A DNA stretch of 64,000 nucleotides, from the NCBI RefSeq assembly GCF_009834535.1, contig NC_045696.1:72976001-73040000 (forward strand). Direction: 5' to 3'. The position numbers and the translations under genes were made by a program. Shown piece by piece: positions 24,314 through 37,580 of the stretch (its first letter is position 1; each line of letters opens with the position of its first letter). Source of the DNA: Camelus ferus (lineage: Eukaryota). The notes under the pieces were generated by a model. It made no database searches. It saw only the letters and a list, made by a program, of their open reading frames with translations, and had not been told where the DNA came from.

Positions 24314-26292
24314 GTATAGAACACTCATCCTATGAAATATGATACAATATTTCAAAAGAATCCAGAAGACTTATACATACTAGCATGGGAGGATACAAGT
24401 TTTTGTTTGTTTTTAACTTTTTATGTAAGTGGTTACTGACTCATAAAGCTACAAGCATTTATAATATTTTTACAAGAATCTAGTCATGTGCAGTGTGAAG
24501 TTTTAAACGTAACTAGACTTTTTTTTAACTTCCCATGAAAATTAAATTTATATAGTGGTGAAGGGACACAATGAGGAGAAGAGGTCTACTTAATTTACTG
24601 GGGAAAGTTTTCATGAAGGAGGCAACCCTGAGCTAAGTCTCAGAAAGTTAGCAAGTAAAGGGATATAAGGGAGAGAAGAGAGGAAACTTCCCTATGGGGC
24701 TACATGGAAGAGTAAAGCCACAGATGAGGATTGAAAGTCCAAAGTACTTTGGCCAGTTTTACATTTGAGGAGTGTTATGAGAATTAAGTAACATAACATA
24801 TAATAAGAGCACTTTGTAAACTATAAAGTACTGTCTAAACTAAAAAGACCATTCTGGGACTCAAAAAGCACAATGCGTATGCTTTGAAAATTTGTGTGCT
24901 TTGAAAACAAAATGCATGTAAAATAACACTCTTCTTTATAGGAAAATAAATAAAATTATTGATAAATATAATTATATAAATAAAAAATGCCTATATACCA
25001 CTACATATGCATTAAGGCTGAATTAATAGAATATTTACTTGTTTCATACATCTAAAGGGTCACTATTATAAATTACCTTCACATAATTAGGTGAAAAAAG
25101 AAAAAGAAAAGCAAAAACATCAAGACAGAAATATCATTCTACCTCACGATGACTTCGTTTTTCTTTTGCATAAGGCTGTGTCTTTCAAATAATCCACAAG
25201 CAAATAGCTCCATTCTGTAGATGAGAAATTATAAAAGACCATGTAATCAGCTGACAAAGGAACTGAAAACAAGCCCAGAGGAAATGCATGGCTGTTCTTA
25301 CAAAGTCACAATGTACTGTTCTGTTTGCCTCCCACTCTCAAAGTGTATATTCCTGACATTTCTTGTCTTATAATTGGACTTTATGAATGAGAGCTGTAGG
25401 ATGCTGTCTGGTGAATGATCTGAAAAGGATATGCTGAAACACAGTGGAGGTGCTGCAAAAACTTGAATGCTAGGTTTTGTGTGGGAACTTAAATAAGAGG
25501 CATGAATTAGAAATTCAGAACCCCAAATTTTATTCTGTATAAAATAAGGGCTATTTTCTCAGTCCTTAATGGAGACTTTGAGTAGGTTTAGGCGACATAT
25601 AATGTGGAAACCAAATGCATAAGCTTGGATTTCAGAATAGTCTGCGGCCCCATGGCTTCCCAGAGTTTACCCTTCACAAGTGTTCTGGTGAGAAAAAACG
25701 AGTTCAGTAACTTTCCTCTTCTTTAATTTTGTTTCTTCATCCCAACTGCTGAGCAACTATTTAAAAAACATACTTATTAACATTTCTATAGCATGTGGTT
25801 CTTTCTAACTCGCTTTCAATTTCATATCTCATGTGGTCCAGCTGATGAATTAGTTCACTGTGTCTCTGGAAACCATCAATCACATTAGCAAAGTTTTCCT
25901 GTGTGCCTACTATGTGCCACATGAGAACCAGCAGCTGGACAGTTTTATTCACATTCAGATGGGCCTCAACAAGGATTCTCTTTTGTTGGCAAAAATACTG
26001 GGGAAAGAAAAAAGCATTTCCGAAGCAGGGCAGGCAGGAATCAAAAAGTAGGCTTGAAAAAATTCTCCAGGGAAACAGGCCATTATGTTAATGGTCTCTG
26101 TTTGTCTCTGGGTGGTAACATTCTGGGTTTTTTCCACCTTCATTATGCCTTTTTTTATACTTTCTAATTTTTTTCAACAATGGGCATATACAATGTATAA
26201 ACAGTAAATAATAAAGTAAAAATCTTACGAGAAAAAGAGTCTCCAAAAGACTATACAAAACAAGGAAGAGATTCAAATGTAAATAAGTTCAT

Positions 26293-26331
26293 TGATTGGT
26301 ATAGTTGACTGTCAATCATATTGATGGACAG
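26293..26331. promoter_or_regulatory. Inverted pair of PBX-MEIS/PREP decamers with adjacent CCAAT box
   Basis: ATTGG (26295-26299), CTGTCAATCA (26309-26318, reverse complement TGATTGACAG), TAT, TGATGGACAG (26322-26331); motif match only. Confidence 0.5.
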
Positions 26332-28088
26332 CATGACTCCAGCTACTTAATTGATTGTTTTTTCTAAATCAAGCATTGGGCCTGGGCCCTTGGTAAGAAG
26401 GAAATATACCATTCACCTTATGAAGGTATTAACTCTTCCTGGACTCTAGGACTTTACTGAAAGAAGAATTCATACACCACCCCTCCCCCAAAGCCCAAAA
26501 ATACCTTGAACTTTTAATCTGTTTTTATCAAAGGTAAGCATGAGATCCTGAGGAGAATAATAGTGTATTGCGGGTTGATACATGGCGTTAATATATGCCA
26601 TTCATGGATTAAAAACAACAAAAACCACATCAACAATGACAACAAAAACTAGAAAATTCACCCATTCATTGCATTTTGTTTTTACATTTGTGTGAACCTT
26701 TCTGCAGTTTTGGGGGCCTCGAAGTTTCTAGGCCCAGCTAAGCTCTGGTTAGTCAGAAAATCAGAGGGAGCCCTCAGTTTATGAAAGGGTCATTCATCGA
26801 GGGCAGAGCACGAAGGTCCTCGGTCCACAGTGCGTTATCCTGTGCACAGACCCTCCAAGTACAGACGGCTCCTCGGGGCAGGAATTAAAGATGAAGAGAG
26901 GAATGGCTCTCCAATGGAATACAGTACGTTAATTCACTTAGAAGGCACAAGGGTGTGTCTGCTTTACTGATTTTTCCGAAGGCACAGAATTTGGCCCTAT
27001 TTCCAGTTATAGTAAATATGTTTACTCCTTAAAAATGTGCCTCTAAATTTCCCCCAAATGACAGCCATGGCTTATCACCATATTCTAAGTGAGCTGCTTG
27101 CTGGTTTGAAAACACTTGAGGCCACTTGGGTCTCAGAGACACTGGAGGCCCAGACATCACCTTTGTCTTCACCCTCCCCCAGAAGCTCCCAAGAGCTTCT
27201 GAACCTTTCACTCATGAGTTCTGGCAGTTGGCTGAGGCCTTCCCGAGCAGAAAAGAAAGGGGGGGAAACAGTGCTGGGTGAGGTTGGCCTCTCCGAACGC
27301 TTATTAATAGAGAACATGTGGGCTGAGGCGAAGGCGGGGGCTGGGCTTGCTGAGTAAACAGGATGGATGGGAAAGAGAATGATGCTTTTATAGTCTTGTC
27401 TATTATAGATCCAGGGAGGCTCTTAAATGGAGATGAAAGAGAGAGACAGATTTAAAGGAAATTGCTTCCAAAGCTTAACATGCGGACCACTGGTGTCTCC
27501 TTCCCCATTTCACATGAAAGAGACGGCATTGCTAACCAACCTGCTAACCAGATTTCACTAAGGTGTTCCCGACCCGTAGCTCTGTTGCACCACTATCATT
27601 TGAGAATTCTTGTTTAGACCTTTCGTTTACTTATTCATTCTGCTACTGTTAATTGGGTGCTACTATTGCCAGGCACTGTCTGGGGCACTGTGAACACACT
27701 GTGAACAAAGCAGCCTTCATGGACAGTCTAGAAAGAAAGGCGAGGAACGAAGAATTGCCATAGGCAAATGCAGACCATGACTCCAACTAGACGCAGGTGC
27801 CAGGGGAGCCTGGAGAGGAAGTATTAACCCAGACTTTGTCTGGGGAGGGGTGGTCGGGGAGGGGGTCCCCTGAAAAGGAGCCCATGACACCTGAATTGAG
27901 CGTGGAGTTAGTCAGCTGGAGAAGGGAGGGGTGGGCTTAAGGCCTGACAGGACAAAAATGTTGTAGAATGTGGGTAACAGCACCATTGGTTAGAAAAGTC
28001 ATGTTCCTCTCAGGGATGAGAGAAAGGACAGAGGTACCCCAAGGACTTTAAGGAAGGGTTCTATAGAGACTACACAAAAAGTATGCTG

Positions 28089-28216
28089 GCGGGGGGGAGC
28101 ATATAGCTCAATAGTAGAGTACATGCCTTGCATGCACGAGGTCCTGGGTTCAATCCCCAGTACCTCTATCAAAAAAATAAATAAGCAAATCTAATTACCT
28201 CTCTCTGGGGGAAAAA
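28089..28216 (+). mobile_element. vic-1-like SINE, long-tail form, 13-bp TSD
   Basis: tRNA-like head with A/B boxes; TSD AAAAAGTATGCTG at 28076-28088 and 28217-28229. Confidence 0.92.
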
Positions 28217-28688
28217 AAAAAGTATGCTGATGTTTCAGAGACCATCAAGGTAAGAGTTCACACTTGAGAAGGAATAAGAAAGAGTACTGTTTGCATTTGA
28301 AACTTTCTTCCACATGCTGACCTATTTTGTACTCAAGCCTTTTTATAGAAAGAGATTAAAGGCTACGAGGCAGTCAGAAATGTCAGAGTTTTGCCTTTCC
28401 TTATCAAAAAATTCTGATATTTCTACAAATATACTAAGTGTTTAAAGTGTCTTCTTAAGTATATTTGCCTCTGTGGTATTAGAAGCAGCACTGCTAAGAT
28501 AAACCACCACATTTTAAATTTTATGTTGACATCTGAGTATCAAGAAGGCTTCTTGTCATTAAAATATAATTTTCAATACTACATATACATATATCATACA
28601 TACTGTGTATTTGGAAGATTGCTACATAAACTTGAATCTTCTCCCCAAATTAAAAAAAAATATACAAAGGAAAGTATCTATGATAAAG

Positions 28689-28712
28689 TCTTACCTGCAG
28701 AAAAACATAGCT
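28689..28712 (-). other. Candidate recursive splice site (AG|GT)
   Basis: Minus strand reads CTATGTTTTTCTGCAG|GTAAGA. Confidence 0.3.
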
Positions 28713-29829
28713 AGTATTGGAGAACTGAACTGTTACAGATTTTTTTCATTTATCAATTTTATTTCAGACAATATAAAAGAATGAGAACTTTGTCAGCATT
28801 AAAAAACCCACTTTATTTCATGCCATTATTCCTTTCAATCTGCTAGCTAAAAACATGTCCATATCAAGCTTTTGTTTCTTGATCCTTATTATAGTCTCCA
28901 TAAAAATCATTAGAAATATACTGTCTCAGAAAGAGAAGCTGATTCCTCTCCTGTCCAAATTGTTAGTTTTCTGATTGACTTTGAAAACCAAAACTTTACT
29001 CTCTTTGAGGGAAAATAATCTATTTTTCCAGAGAATTTCAATCTGTCAGTCACCCTGATAGACGCATAGCTCCTACTGTATTATTTTTTGCTTCAGCTAA
29101 CATATGTTAAAACAAAATCATTTTTAAAGCTGAAGACAACTCAATGTTCTGATTAGCTCCAAAAGTTCTTTAGTCAACCAGCGACTGCCAAGTCTCCCCA
29201 GGGAAGACATTATCCTGACTCGTCTTCAAGGGATCAAACAGGTGTGCGTGTGATCTGCCTCAGAAACGAGTTGCATCCAAACACTGTGTCTTAGCAGAGA
29301 AGTTAGAATGGCCAAACGTGTGACTCGTATATTTTTCATCTTAAGGCTCACAGAAAGACACTTTAGCTCCAAGACATGAAATGATTAAGAGGGAAAAGAA
29401 GGAAGTTCAGGAAGTCTTCGCTCTTCATTCTTAGGCAATGAGCCATTTGTGTGTTAGCCTAGAAGCACTGCTGCAGCGAATCGCTGTATTTGTGGGTGGA
29501 GGCTATGGTTTCCACTGGTGCTGCCTCTTGGGGACTTGAGAATTCATTGCTTTGGTCAAAATTATAGATTTGAGTTTAGATAGTTGGGAGTATTTTTCAG
29601 CTATTCTTTTTCACAGAAATACTACTTGAAAAACTGCTTTAGTTTATGCTGAAACAAGTTAAATCGTGCACACTGTGTCTTATATGTCAGTCTTCCCAAA
29701 AACCCGGGACATCTGGAAATGGGGCCATGGTCACTAAGTTGCTATCCTGAAGGAAGAAACCTGATTAAAATGTTAAGTCAGTGGAATCAAATGAGGGAAC
29801 TGGCTTAACTTGCTTGCTTTTTCTGCCAC

Positions 29830-29925
29830 CTGCCTGCCTGCCTTCCTCCCTTCCTTCCTCTTTTCCTTCCTTCTTCCTTCCTTTCTTCCTTCCTCCTCCT
29901 CTCTCTTTTTTCCTTTTTATCTTCT
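29830..29925. repeat. Polypyrimidine (CCTT/CT-rich) low-complexity tract
   Basis: CCTGCCTGCCTTCCTCCCTTCCTTCCTC... Confidence 0.85.
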
Positions 29926-30299
29926 TAATCCAGATATCATAGTCTGATTCCTGTTTGTTACATGTTTTTACAACTCATTGACATTAAACCACACTTCTGC
30001 CAGCCAGAAGAGTTACAGCAAACCAATTATTTAAATTGTCAGAACCCTCAGGTAAATATGCTTCAGGTGCCAAAAAGCAGCAAGTCTCTTCAACATGCAA
30101 AGTTTGTTTCTCCCTGGAGTTTAGAGCTGGGCTTTTCTTTGAATCAGAGGGACCAACCCGCACAGTCATCAAGCTGGATCTCCTTTCCTGGGGTCTGAAA
30201 ATTGAAGTTCTGGAAAACAGGACTGTCACTGACCTGCAACTTACTGGAGACAAGCCAGGGCTTCAGGGAGACTAAGCAAAAGGAAAAGGCAGACACTAG

Positions 30300-30428
30300 A
30301 CCTCTGGTTCTCAAAATTATCTGCTCCACAGAGTCACCTGGCAAGTTTTTTAAAACCATTTGGATGCCTGGGTTTGCTATAAATAGCCTCTCTATTTTTA
30401 AAAGCAGCAAAACTTGAGGATCACTGTT
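30300..30428. mobile_element. MER5-like hAT-Charlie relic
   Basis: TGGTTCTCAAA...CAGAGTCACCTGG...TTGAGGATCACTG terminal motifs. Confidence 0.55.
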
Positions 30429-30789
30429 TTAAAGCATACAAATTTCACATTTAAGCTTTAAATTAAGGTAAGAAACAAAACTCCCCCCTCATCTGAGCTG
30501 GAAAATGAATCAAAAAAAAAAAAAAGAAGAAGAAGAAGAAATAGTTCTTACCACAGCAGTCCTCATAATTATTCTGTTGTCATTTAATGTAATCAACTGG
30601 CCACCTATGAATCCATTAAGATTATTCATCTGTTTACTTGGCCCCGCTTCAGAAGCTGTATGTCAGAAACTTTACAGCTAAGCAGTTGCAAAGAGGACTA
30701 GAAAACTAGCTTGCAGCTACGATACTAGGGAGCTCTCCTTTTCAGTGGGGCGGCCCATACCCAGGTCCGGTGTTGTGATCTGGAAGGAA

Positions 30790-31060
30790 TGTGGGCCCAG
30801 GGTCTCTAGATCTTCCCATTTTTCAAGAGAATGCAGAAATCTTTATATTTATGTGAAATCTTCCAAACTCTAAATGTTGGCGAATAATTCAGTTGTGTCT
30901 CCCACTTTTTTTTTGGATGGAGGTGCTGGGGATTGAACCCAGGACCTCATGCATGCTAAGCATGCATGCTACCACTGAGCTCTACCCTCCCCCTCAATTC
31001 AATTGTGAATAATCAAAACACATCTGCCAGACAAAATCGAACTGCCAATTGCACCCTCTG
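30790..31060. mobile_element. MER103-like DNA transposon relic interrupted by a SINE
   Basis: AGATCTTCCCATTTTTCAAGAGAATGCAGAAATCTTTATATTTATGTGAAATCT...TAAATGTTGGC; subfamily name from memory. Confidence 0.5.
30906..30993 (-). mobile_element. vic-1-like SINE, short form
   Basis: T-run then GGAGGTGCTGGGGATTGAACCCAGGACCTCATGCATGCTAAGC...ACCACTGAGCT; near-TSD AATTCAGTTGTG (30886) / AATTCAATTGTG (30996). Confidence 0.9.
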
Positions 31061-31569
31061 GCCTGGAAGGCTCTTCTTTATCTCACCATCTCACCTTCAC
31101 GTGGCCAACTCCTACTCAGCTCTGGAGACAGTTCTTTTGAGAAAAGTTCCCTGGCCACCCCTCCTCAGCCTGTCTTTTACACCTCCCTCACCCCGGTCAA
31201 GTGCTCCAACTCTGGGCCCTCAAGTGCACCTCTGAAGCTTATCTCCCTAGAATGTGGTTGTGTGTCCCTCTCCCCTAGTGACCGGCTGCCTCTGAGGGCA
31301 GAGATAGTGCCTTAGTCCTTATTTTAGGCTTGTACGTTAATCCCAAATTGGGTCATGACTCAGCAAACAAATGTTTATTAAATGCTTACTATGTGTGCAT
31401 ATAAAAATGTAACAAATTCAAATTATGGCCCCTCAGAAATACAAAGAAAATACACACTAGGAAAAAAAAAAGTTTCCTTCTGCAAATAGATGTTACCTTT
31501 GTGATTTTCATTTCCTCCTCAAACTGATTCCCTTGTGTGCGTGTCCACAGTGGCACCTTCATCCTTAGA

Positions 31570-31735
31570 GTGTTGCTTAGTGGTTAAGACAGTGGCCTTT
31601 GAAGCCAGTCTGGGTTCAGGGTTCTGCCACTTGGTTGACCTTGGGCAAGTTACTTATTTTAAGTTTTCTTACAATGTTTAAATTGGGGGTAATAAAATAA
31701 CCTGCCTTAAAGGGTTATTGTGAGGATTAATTATG
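31570..31735 (+). mobile_element. MIR relic
   Basis: TAGTGGTTAAGAC...TGACCTTGGGCAAGTTACTTA...GGGTTATTGTGAGGATTAA. Confidence 0.8.
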
Positions 31736-33549
31736 CCAACAACTACATGCTGTGCTGGGCCATTACGATTACCAATGATTGACCACAGTGCCCCCCAAGG
31801 AACACCGCAGGGTAAGCATTACTATGCCTGTCTTATAGATGAGGGAACAATGAGACTCAGATGTCAACTGCCCGAGGTCACTCTGCTAGAACATCATTGT
31901 ACTGGGATAGAACACAGACCTGCCACCATGCCCACTTGCTCGTCCAGTTACACTAGAGAAAATTCAACCCAGTGTTCACAATTGTTTGCCAGATTGCCAA
32001 CACTTAAAACCTGACCCAACACATTACTCTGGCCCTGTAGACCTTAACAAGTACCCAAGTGCAAGTGAATTCCTTTTATCATTGTATTAATCATAATAAA
32101 AGCTAACATTACTGAGCCCTATGTTCTTGATGTGCGAAGCACGTGCCTTTCATTGTCTTCTTAATCTCCGTGAGGCACTGATTATTATTTTCAGGTGAGG
32201 AAATTGAAACCCAAAAGGTTAAGTCACTTGCCCAAGTAGTGTTTAAGCCTAGACTCCGAAGCCATTAAAGATCCTTAACCTCTCTGCCAGGCATTGGAAT
32301 TTCCCAGACCAATACAATTTCATTTAAAAAATAATAATAATAAAATTATGAACCAACTTACCAACTCTTTATTTCACTGCCATCAACTCATTAAAGACAG
32401 AACCTGCTAACACAAAAACTGTGGAGAGCTCATAATCTCAGAGTCAAATAATTAAATACATTTAACTTTATGAAAAGTTCCAGACACTGTTTGGTTGGAT
32501 GTTCTTTTCTTTTCTTTTCTTATCTTTTCCTTTCTTTTTTTTAACTTTTCTGTGCAAACTGGTGGAAGCTTTGTCCCCATCATTGCCTCCTTGCTTCGAT
32601 TTTCCCTTGTCCTTCCTACCCAGTCTCCTGCAGCCCTTTCATGGCATCATTTCTTCTTTTTGACTGTTCCTCCTACTTATTCTTTGCTTCAGAGCCAGGA
32701 TAATTGCCCCCCAATTAGGGATAATTGACCTGAACTGGGAAGAGGAAACCTGAATGCCAGTGTGAGAAGGGGATTGGTTGAACCTAGACAGTGGGGAAAA
32801 GGCCCAGCGGCCAGGACCAGGAAGTAGGTGGTCCTTTGTGATGAGCTAGTGTTTGTAGAGGGAGGCCTTGGAGCACCGCATGTGATGCGCGGTGCAGGGC
32901 AAGGGAGGTTGTGAAAGGGCAAGACAAGGTGCAGCTCCACCTTCTTAACCCCCAAGACAGAGGGACGGACAGGCCAGTGGCAAGAAGAAGGCCCACTACT
33001 ATTCCTCCCAGGTGTCCACCTTCTGTAAATATGCCAGGCATGACTTCCACGTTATTGTCTCAGTCACCGATTTAAAACTATCGAAGAGAACTTGGTGTTG
33101 CCTAATGGCCCACTCATCAAAAAAAGAAGAAGAAAGCAAAGAGTATTTGCATTGTAATTCCAACCACCCCTAATCCCTGCTCATAAGTGAGTTCCTCTCA
33201 AAGGCTTCTTCTGAATTAACATTGCATTCAGTTCTAAACTCAATCTGAAAAATGGAGGTCACATTCAGATTCATTCAACACTTATTAGGCCCCCACCCTG
33301 GCCCAGGCCTTGTGATCTGCACTGGAGAAATGTTACCTGAATAAGATGTGTTCCAGCCAGACTTCAAGAGCTCACAGATGGGCGGAAGAGACAAAATACG
33401 TCTGCTTTATTTTTTTATTTCTTTTTTTTTGTGCATGCACATCAAGGTACTCATAGAGTTGAAAATATTCCTATATTTTCTATCAATGGTAATATTAATA
33501 ATAGGATGAAGCAGTTTCTGTGTGAGAATGCTGTTTGCTAGCACTCAGT

Positions 33550-33790
33550 AAGCGTTCTTAATATGCGAGGCACTGTGTTAAGCACTGGGTGTAAATTATC
33601 TCATTCAATAAAAACAACTCCTAGAACATAAAAGGGGCTCAATAACTAATGGGTGGATGGATGAATAAATGATTCTTCACTACAGCTCTATGAGATAGTT
33701 TCTACTATTGTCATCACAGTACAGATGAGGAAACAGAGGCATAGAGCAGTTAAGTAACCTGCTGAAGGTCACATGGATTCTGACTTCATG
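33550..33790 (-). mobile_element. MIR relic
   Basis: AGGCACTGTGTTAAGCACT...ACAGATGAGGAAACAGAGGCATAGAGCAGTTAAGTAACCTG. Confidence 0.7.
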
Positions 33791-35699
33791 ACTTAGTGAC
33801 ATCAAAGTGACAAAGAATGAAAAGCACTTCCCAACTAATGGACATTGGGAGACCAAGAGAAACAAAGCAGACAAGTTTGAAAGGCACAAGAGACTTGCCC
33901 AAGGTAAAAAGGATAAACAATGATCAGCTAGAATTATCTTCCAATTACTCTCTTTCCATCAGAGTTACCTCAAAAAGATGCTCCATTTAGTATCAACAGT
34001 TGGTTGAGCCCTGAGGATCTTCCATTAGCTGGTCCAGAGCACAGGTGATCAGGAAGAAAAACGAGAGTGGAAGAAAATGTGGGAAAGAAGAAAGGTGAGG
34101 GCCTCAAAGGATGATCTAAAGTGAGGTGACTACAACTGTCTCTAGAACACACCAGTGTGTGGTACTCACACCAGACATGACACCATGCAGAACACCGCCA
34201 CAGTAGTTTTGGATCTTTTGCATTTTGAACAGTGTGCTTTTGAGACCCTTATTAAGGGCAAGCATCCCCTTATCCCTTGTGATTAATAAACCTATTCTTG
34301 ATAAACTTCATCCTCGATGGGGACATTCTTGACAAGTCCAATTATCTATTCACAGAAAGCTGTACACAATTGCTATAAAGCATAAATAACTCTTTAGGAA
34401 AAAGTAAAAGCAAAGCATGAGGAAGAGCAGGTCCCGGCAGCCCTGGTTAGAATATACAATTGACAAAACCCCCCAAATAGGTTTCATGTGATTAACACCC
34501 AGAAGGATATTTAACCTGCCACGTCTACTTTAGTGAGTTCCTCTACTGACATATTAGCAAGACAAGGTTTTGTTCTGTTGGGGGTGGGCAGGGTTGGGGG
34601 ATGGGGTAAATGAAGGACGAGAGATTCACCAAATCAAAAAAGGAGTCAAAACCTGAGGCCCTCACCCATGTATCAGGAAACATGCATTTCTTTTATGCCC
34701 AATGTGTTCTGACCCTGTTTGACTTTAGGTCAAGGCAATGTTGAAGTTAATTCCACAGAACAATGGAATTGAGTTAGCAAGGCCTCATCCTATTACTTTT
34801 TGATAACAAATTAATTCTTTTTTTTTTTTCTCTCACTGTGAGTTCCTGACACTTTCAACTATTGATGTTGCTAACCAAAAGGGCTGAATTAAAGATGCTA
34901 CCAAGTGCATTTCCTAAAACTCTCTGCTGGGTTTAAGAATATTTTACTTCTTTTCACTGAAGATTTCCCTTCTCCTGCTAACTAACTTGGGTTAAAATGT
35001 GTACATGGGGACATGGGCAGGATTTGACTCTAAATTCAGGACTGGCTTACTAATTTAGTCACTTTTGCTATTTGATTTCAAGAGACATTTACCAACAGAA
35101 AGCTGATAACATTCCTTAAAAGCCTTTCCTGAAACATCTCCTATTGGTAAGCAGAAAGCAATTAGGAATATTCATTGTATCACCACAACTTTGCTTGAAA
35201 AAATAAAACAAGTGGAACACATGTAAGTGCACACACAGGTAAAAAGATTAGAAGGAAATACATCAAAAAGTTACCAGTAGTTATCTTTGGATATTGAAAT
35301 TAGTTTTATATTCTTCTTTTTTTTTTTTTTTTTTTTTGCCTGGGTCTACTTTATAATTTTTCTACTTTTCATAAATATTTGCCTTTAATTAGGAAAAATG
35401 CTCAATATTATTTTTTAAATAAATATTGTTTTTTCTAGGGGGCTCCAGATCCCTCCCTGTACCTGCATAGCTAGGGGTCCACTCCTCCCCTACTTGCAAA
35501 AGACTGAAGGTTTATTCTTGAGAGCAACCCACACATATACACACATCACACTGGCACACACACACCGCACCAGCACATACATCACCAGTGCTCTTTCTCC
35601 ACTCAGCTCCCGCCACGCCTTTACCCTCTAACCCAAAGATGGAAGCATTTTCTCTGGCAACTCAAAAGGAAAAAAAATCTGAAGACACTGACTCTAGAG

Positions 35700-36540
35700 T
35701 TTCCCAAGTAGAAAGTTTAGCCACATGGCCTCCCAGTGAACCTCAATCTACAAGCCCCCAGTCACTTAGATATGAGCAGACAGGCAAGGCTGACAGACTG
35801 CTCAGAAAAGGCTCTAAGGTTAAAACAGTGTCAAACAAATGGAAGGAAAATGGGAATTTGAATGAAACAAAGATTATCGATGAAAAGAAAGCTAAAAAAA
35901 TTAATACTATCAGATAAAACATGGCAATTATGAAACTATGATGGAATATTATTTTTTAGTGAACATTTAGAAAACAAAAGAAGAATTACTGGAAATCAAA
36001 AGTATAAAAAAACAGAGGAGCAGGGTTGGAAGATAAAATTGTTCCAGAAAATAAAGCAAAAAGACCTAAAGATAAAAGAGATAGAAAACAGGAAAGAAAA
36101 GACAAGAGGTATAATATCCAAAGAATAGAAGTTCCAGAAAGACAAATAAAATGGAAGGTAAGAATTACAATAAAAGAATTTAAAAATTTTTCCTAGTAGA
36201 CAGAACATGAGTTTTCAGATTCAAAAGGACTTACTGAGTATTCAGCAAAAAGGATGAAAACAACCCGATACTAAAACATATTATAGAAAAATAGAATATA
36301 ATTGGGATGAAAAAAGATCTTACAAGGTTCTAAAGAGGAAAAAAAAAAAACAAGTCACAATAAAAGATCTTAAGATTTCTTGATAGCAACACTAGAACTA
36401 GAAAGCAATGGAGTAAAGCCTTCAAAATTCTAAAGGAAAATGATTACTAACATGGAATTTTATATCTAACCAAACCTTCACCAGGTATGATGGTAGGGAA
36501 AAAAAAAAGACATTTTCAGAATGACAAGTTTTCAAATCAC
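35700..36540 (+). mobile_element. Ancient L1/HAL1 ORF1-region relic
   Basis: A-rich; ACATGAGTTTTCAGATTCAAAAGG...AGCAACACTAGAACTAGAAAGCAATGGAGTAAAGCCTTCAAAATTCT...GAATTTTATATCTAACCAAAC resembles the ORF1 3' half. Confidence 0.7.
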
Positions 36541-37395
36541 AAAACAAGGAGAATTCAAATGAACGTTAAGATAATGTGACCGGTGACATTTTGCTGAAAC
36601 CACATCACGGCTCTTCAAGAGCACAGGCTCCTAGGGGGTTCTTGCGGGCCTTCACGACCAGGCCACAGGGTGCCTGGTGCTGACCCAGTTTCTCCCTGCT
36701 TTTCTGTGGATCCTTCCGCAGCTGTCTGGGGAATGCCTCAGCCTTCACGTGGTTCTAGTGTGTCTCTTGGGCATCAGATCTATTAATGAGCTTTCCTTGT
36801 TAGCCAGGTACAGTGAAAGTAACAGTTTGGCACCAAGTCAATCATAAACAGAAACCCAGGCTCAAAAATTAAGAAAAACCCTAAATTTAAAATCATCATG
36901 GAAAACTAGAAAATCCTTGACTAAAACTGCTGGTAGTTTTAAATTAAAGTCTCCTGAGAAGTCTTAACCCAAAGTCAGGGCAAGGCCTTCCCAGTCAGCA
37001 GGCACCCTCCTCCCTGCACTCCCCCCACTCCCCACCGCCCCTCCGCAGTGCCCAGTCAGAACTGCTGGTTTCACTATGCCTTTCCCATGCCCGTGGGGTA
37101 TCTGTTAGTCTCTAACGAAGACTTCCGCTTTTGCACCCAACTGTTCCTCATTCTCTTGTACTGGTTGTGATGGGCCCTCGGTTTACTCTCTTTTCTCAAA
37201 ATTTGATCTTTTTCAAAATACATGTTATGATATTTACCTCCTATACAGGACAAAAAACATTTTAGCTGACTTGTCAAGGGACACGACTTCACCTTATAAT
37301 GGAAAATATTGGCTGACTTCTTTGATTCTAAAAAATTCGGTGTATTTTAATGGAACCTAATACACAGGTTTCTGATGTATTACAAACAAACCCAG

Positions 37396-37580
37396 CGAGG
37401 TACAAACTACTATGTACAAAACAAATAAGCTACAAGGATCTATTGTACAGCACACGGAATATAGCTAGTATTTTATAAGAACTTTAAATGGAGTATAATC
37501 TGTAAAAATATTGAATCACCATATTATACAGCTGAAACTAATATAATATTGTAAATCAACTATACCTCAATAAGAAAAAA
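37396..37580 (+). mobile_element. LINE-1 3'UTR end
   Basis: AAGCTACAAGGATCTATTGTACAGCACACGGAATATAG...TGTAAATCAACTATACCTCAATAA plus A-run. Confidence 0.85.

Noticed and set aside
25142..25240. Minus-strand acceptor TTTCTCATCTACAG followed by MELFACGLFERHSLMQKKNEVI
   Set aside because: Weak donors and no recognisable homology
32180..32200. + strand TTTTCAG|GTGAGG AG|GT motif
   Set aside because: It is a single-base variant of the MIR core CAGATGAGGAAA with a poor pyrimidine tract
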